Below, in pieces: positions 59,128 through 64,000 of a stretch of DNA of 64,000 nt; within the stretch, counting starts at the first letter, position 1; each line of letters opens with the position of its first letter. A model generated the notes under the pieces. That model had not been told where the DNA came from. It made no database searches and worked only from the letters and a program-made list of their open reading frames with translations. The position numbers and the translations under genes are program-made. Source of the DNA: the human T2T-CHM13v2.0 reference genome, Homo sapiens; the NCBI RefSeq assembly GCF_009914755.1, contig NC_060929.1, one strand, 5' to 3'.

Positions 59128-62100
59128 TTTCTTGGTTCCCTGACTGGGAAGCAAGGTGATTAATGGACGGTCAAGGCAGCCACTTAGACGGCTTAGGCCT
59201 GCCCTGTGAAGTGTCCCTGCGGGGGACTCCAGCCAGCTTGGGCGACACGGATCCTGAGAGCACCCCTGGGTAGGCAATTGCCCTGGTGGAATGCCTCGCC
59301 AGAGCAGCACATGGCAGGCCCTCATGGAGGATCAATGCAGTGACTGAACACTGGGAAGGAACTGACACTTGGAGTCCGGACATCTGAAACTTCGTAAGAC
59401 TAGTCTTTGGAACTTGCCCTCTCCATTTGAGTGGAAGCGTGGCCTGATCACCCACAGTGTGCCTATACCAGCACTTTGGTTTTTGTTTTGATTTGACTTG
59501 AATTGCTTAATACTTTGGTTTTGGTTTTGACCTGGCTTGGATTTCTTGATACTCTGATTTTGGTTTTGATTCTGCTTTGGTGTAAACTGTAAAAGTGTGT
59601 GTGTGCTCTTTTTACCCGTTCTTTGTTTTGTGGTGTGTGTGTGGTGTGAGTATGGTGTTTTGTCTCAAAGAAGCATGGGTCAGGCACAAAGTAAGCCCAC
59701 CCCACTAGGAACTATGTTGAAAAATTTCAAGAAAGGATTTAAAGGAGATTATGGTGTTACTATGACACCAGGAAAACTTAGAACTTTGTGTAAATAGACT
59801 GGCCAGCATTAGAGGTAGGTTGGCCATCAGAAGGAAGCCTGGACAGGTCCTTTGTTTCAAAGGTATGGCACAAGGTAACCTGTAAGCCAGGTCACCCAGA
59901 CCAGTTCCTGTATATAGACACTTGGTTACACTGATTTTAAACACCCCCCCAACAGTGGTTGAGAGAACAGCAGCATAAGCAGCTGGCAGAGGCAAGGAAA
60001 GACCAGCAGAGAGAGAGAGAAAGAGAGAGGCAAAGAGAGAGAAAGAGACAGAGGCAAAAGGAAAGTCAAAGAGAAAAAGAGACAGAAAATCAAAGAGAGA
60101 AAGAAAGAGATATACAAGTAGTTAAGAAAAAAAAAAAACAGTGCACCCTATTCCTTTAAAAGCCAAGGTAAATTTAAAACCTATAATTGATAATTAAAGG
60201 TATTCTCCGTAACCCTATAACACTCTAATACCACTTTGTTGTCAGTGTAAACAAGGGTGTATCCCAAAAGCACTGAGGCCTTCCTATCAAAAATCCTTAA
60301 CCCAGTAACCCACAGATGGCCCAGATGCATTCAATCTGTAGTGGCAACTGCTTTGCTAACAGAAGAAAGTAAAAAAAATAACTTTGAGAGGAAACCTCAT
60401 TGTGAGCACACCTCACCAGTTCAGAAGTATCCTAAAAAGAAAAAAAAAAGGATAATTTAACACTAACCAATGAAAATTCCCTTAACCCAGCAGGTTTCCT
60501 AACAGGGGATCTAAATCTTAATTACCATACAAAGGTCCAACCAGACCTAGGAGGAACTCCCTTCAGGACAGGACAATGGATGGTTCCTCCCAGGTAATTG
60601 AAGGAAAAAGAAAGCCATCTATACGAATTCTAAGTTAATTTGGACAAAACAAGGTCTTATTCATAGCAAAGGATAATTAAAATCCCAAGCTTACATGGTT
60701 TTCAACAAAAGTAAAGTTTGCTAAAAGTTAACAGTGTAACATGTATTATAGTAACTTCTAATCTTGTGGCCTTAGACAGTCTAGTCCACAGACATAAAGC
60801 AAAGAATGGTTACCGTCTTTGGAAAAAAAAAAGGAAAAAAAGTGGGGGCAGAATTTATGTAAAAAGAATGTTATATGGTAAATTCTTATCCTGAAATAAA
60901 TTAACTGGTTGTTTAAAAAAAGAAATGTTTGTAATAAGTCAGAAAGTTGAGGCATGTCGAAGAATTGTCTGCTAAAGTCGTGAAAGAGAAAAATATTATA
61001 AAAAAAGAATTTATGCAAGAAATGTTGTATAATTTAAAAGTAACTAGGCCTCCTGAAGGTAAAAACTATTGAGAAAGAAAACAGTTTATGTGCATGGTGT
61101 ATAAGGAAGGTAAAATATACCTTTAGTAAGAGGATTATAAAGAGGCATAAGAATGTAAATTTTTACCTACATTAAAACATTAAAAAAGTTATTGTTTTGA
61201 AGGTTTAAGCAAGTTTTAAAACATTAATTGTAAAGAAAATTCTGTGTGTAAACATATTTGCTGAAGTTAAAAAGCTATCATCCAGTTTTTCTGTGAACTG
61301 GACATTAAAGTAAAAATACAATGGGTTTTTCTTAAAGCACTAACCTGCTCTTTAACAAAGATTATAAAAGGTTAAAAAGAGTCTATAAAAATCTTACCTT
61401 ATGGTCCAACATTAAAAATTGAATAAATATGTATACAAATTTTATTAAAACTAAGTTTAACATTAATAGCACACTAATATAAAGGTGAAATTTAGCTTAT
61501 CTGGTATAAAAATCATACAAGAAGCATTATTAAATATAAAATGATGTTTGGCTTTCTTTGGTCTAAAAACTAATAAAAATAGGTGCTAAAAGAAATTTCT
61601 CAGTAAGAAGGCACCAAGGACTATAAAGTCCACTGATGTCCCCACATTTAAAACAAAAGGTCAGTTTCTTAGAAATTATGTACTTGGCCTATCTTCCACT
61701 TTCCTTTCCGTCAAAACTAAAAGTCTTTTAGCACAGGTACCACCCCTAGAATTTCCAGTAAACCATCACTAGCCTGAAGATCACCTTCTCATCAAAGGGT
61801 GGAAAGAAGAAAAACTCAAGCCAGCCTAGGAAGGACCCTACCTTGTGCTGCTGACCACCGAGACTGCTGTTCATAGAGTGAAAGAAGGATGGACTCATCA
61901 CACCTGAGTCAAGAAAGCACCACCCCCTCCAGAGTCGTGGGCCATAGACCCAGGGGAAAACCTTATCAAACTAAAGCTAAGAAAAATTTAACTCTTTCAT
62001 CTATTCTATTACTCTTTCTTCTTTCCTTGCTCTATTGCTGACCATCTAGTTATTAACATAACCAAGTCAATTTCGCCTCACACTATTGCATTTAATGCTT

Positions 62101-64000
62101 GCCTTGTTATACCCTGTGGGGACTTGCCAAGTCAAAGACAGCTCTCTACTTCAGAAAAGTACTTCTGTCCTTCCTGACTCTCCTCAGACTGGGCATTAGT
62201 AAATTAGGACCATTTAATCTGGGGAAATTTCGATAAAGACTCCAGTGTCAACCAGGAGTCTTGCCCCCCAATGTACAGCTTTTATGCCATAGTTGGTCCA
62301 ACGTTCTGTGGACAACTAAAGAGCAAGGATGGACTGCCCTAACTGGTTTTTATAATTTCCTAAAATCACACATTCATTTTACTAGAGGATTATAGAAGTT
62401 AAAGACTTAAAACAAACTTTGGCAATTAAGACAGCATACCAAGTTGCAAATGCCTGGTTGGAATGGATCAAATATTCCATCTGCAGGTTAAACAAAAGCA
62501 ATTGTTATGCTTGTGCACATGGCAGACCAGAGGCCCAGATTGTCCCCTTTCCTCTAGGGTGGTCCTCCAGTCGACCAGGCATGGGCTGCATGGTGGCTCT
62601 TTTCCAGGATTCTACAGCCTGGAGTAATAAGTTGTGCCAAGCTCTCTCTGCTATATCCCAAAGTTCAGCACCTTGCAGGTCAGCCCCTGAGGGCCATCCA
62701 GCCTCCGTCTCCCAACACTAAGTTCACTTCATGTCTCTCACCACAGGGAGGAAACTTAACATTCCTTGGAGACCTGAAGAGATGCAGTGAGCTTAAAAAT
62801 TTTCAAGAGCTTATCAATCAGTCAGCCCTTATTCATCCCTGAGCAGATGTGTGGTGTTATTGTGGTGGACCTTTATTGGGCACTCTGCTGAATAACTGGA
62901 GTGGCACTTGTACTTTAGTCCAATTGGCTATCCCTTTCACCCTGGCATTTCATCAACCAGAGGGAGGAAAAATAAGACATCATGAAGCGAGAGACACCCC
63001 TTATTGGTCTTTAGACTCTCACATCCATTTAGATGCAATTAGATTTCCACGGGAAATACCAGATCAATTTAAAGCTTGAAATCAAATAGCTGCAGGATTT
63101 GAGTCAACATTTTGGTGGGTGACAGTTAATAAAAATGTAAATTGGATAAACTACATCTATTACGACCAGCAGCAATGAGCTTTTCATGAGTTAAAAGAAA
63201 AAGTCATGTCGGCCACAGCCCTGGGGCTACCTGACCTAACAAAACCCTTTACACCCTATGCATCAGAAAGAAAAAAAATGGCAGTTGGAGTTTTAACCCA
63301 GACTGTGGGGCCCTGGCCAAGGCCAGTGGTCTAGCTCTCAAAACAACTAGATGGGGTTTCCAAAGGCTGGCCCCCATGTCTAAGGGCCTGGCAGCAATAG
63401 CCATGTTAGCACAAGAAGCAGATAAACTAACCCTTAGGCAAAACCTGAATATAAAGGCCCCCCATGCTGTGGTAACTTTAATGACTACCGAAGGACGTCA
63501 CTGGTTAACAAATGCTAGATTAACCAAGTACCAAAGCTTGCTATGTGAAAGTCTCTGCATAACCATTGAAGTTTGCAACACCCTAAACCCCACCACCTTG
63601 CTCCCTGTATCAGAGAGTCCAGTTGAACATAACTGTGTAGAGGTGTTGGACTCAGTTTATTCTAGCAGGCCCAACCTCTGAAACCATCCTTGAACATCAG
63701 TAGACTGTGAGCAGTACGTGGATGGGAGCAGCTTCACCAATCCCTGCAAAGTGACTCTGAAGAAGATGACTAGCCCTGCTCCAGAAGCTGACTGGTCCAC
63801 ACATGGCAGAAGCATGAGAAAACTCATCATGGGACTCATTTTCCTTAAAATTTGGACTTGTACAGTAAGGATTTTAACTGACCTTTCTCAGACTGAGGAC
63901 TGTTCCCAGTGTATACATCAAGTCACTGATGTAGGACAAAAAGTTGCTACAGTCCTATTATTTTATGATTATTATAAGTGTACTGGGACTCTAAAAAAAA
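59128..64000 (+). mobile_element. Harlequin-type ERV internal region with disrupted gag, integrase, env and pol remnants; continues past the window end
   Basis: Gag start MGQAQSKPTPLGTMLKNF at 59675 (frameshifted), integrase tail GPYLVLLTTETAV (about 61830), env remnants (about 62000-63175), RT-connection/RNase H remnant ALGLPDLTKPF...WLTNARLTKYQ (about 63180-63790). Confidence 0.85.
59133..59150 (+). other. Primer-binding site complementary to tRNA-Glu
   Basis: TGGTTCCCTGACTGGGAA directly after the LTR, one mismatch from TGGTTCCCTGACCGGGAA. Confidence 0.88.

Noticed and set aside
62419-63079. Possible domesticated env (syncytin-like) gene
   Set aside because: The env remnant is broken by stops, frameshifts and deletions; the longest piece is about 100 aa.

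Overview
This is primate, almost certainly human, genomic DNA: the IL12B (interleukin-12/23 p40) locus. The full eight-exon gene lies on the minus strand (about 7275-22983). All splice sites are GT-AG and the spliced CDS is intact (987 nt, 328 aa plus stop). The known proximal promoter (TATA, C/EBP, kB, GA-12, Ets) is present. Two CpG-rich islands flank the gene (about 3.1-3.5 kb and 23.9-24.45 kb); both look like plus-strand lncRNA promoters, one reading antisense into IL12B and one divergent from it (LOC285626-like). The upstream 40 kb is repeat-rich: many Alu, L1, MIR, L2 and DNA-transposon copies, a nested ERV1 LTR cluster at 26.7-30.5 kb, a four-level nested insertion at 41-45.4 kb, and a Harlequin/HERV-E-type provirus from 58678 to the window end. 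I found no evidence of a wholly new biological system. The best leads are a compact octamer plus C/EBP-ATF enhancer candidate about 13.4 kb upstream, the antisense and divergent lncRNA architecture, a probable small L1 3' transduction, and the haplotype markers visible in the sequence. Apart from the IL12B exons and retroelement or transposon remnants, the ORF track is essentially spurious. SNP, marker and repeat-subfamily names are recalled from memory and were not checked against databases.
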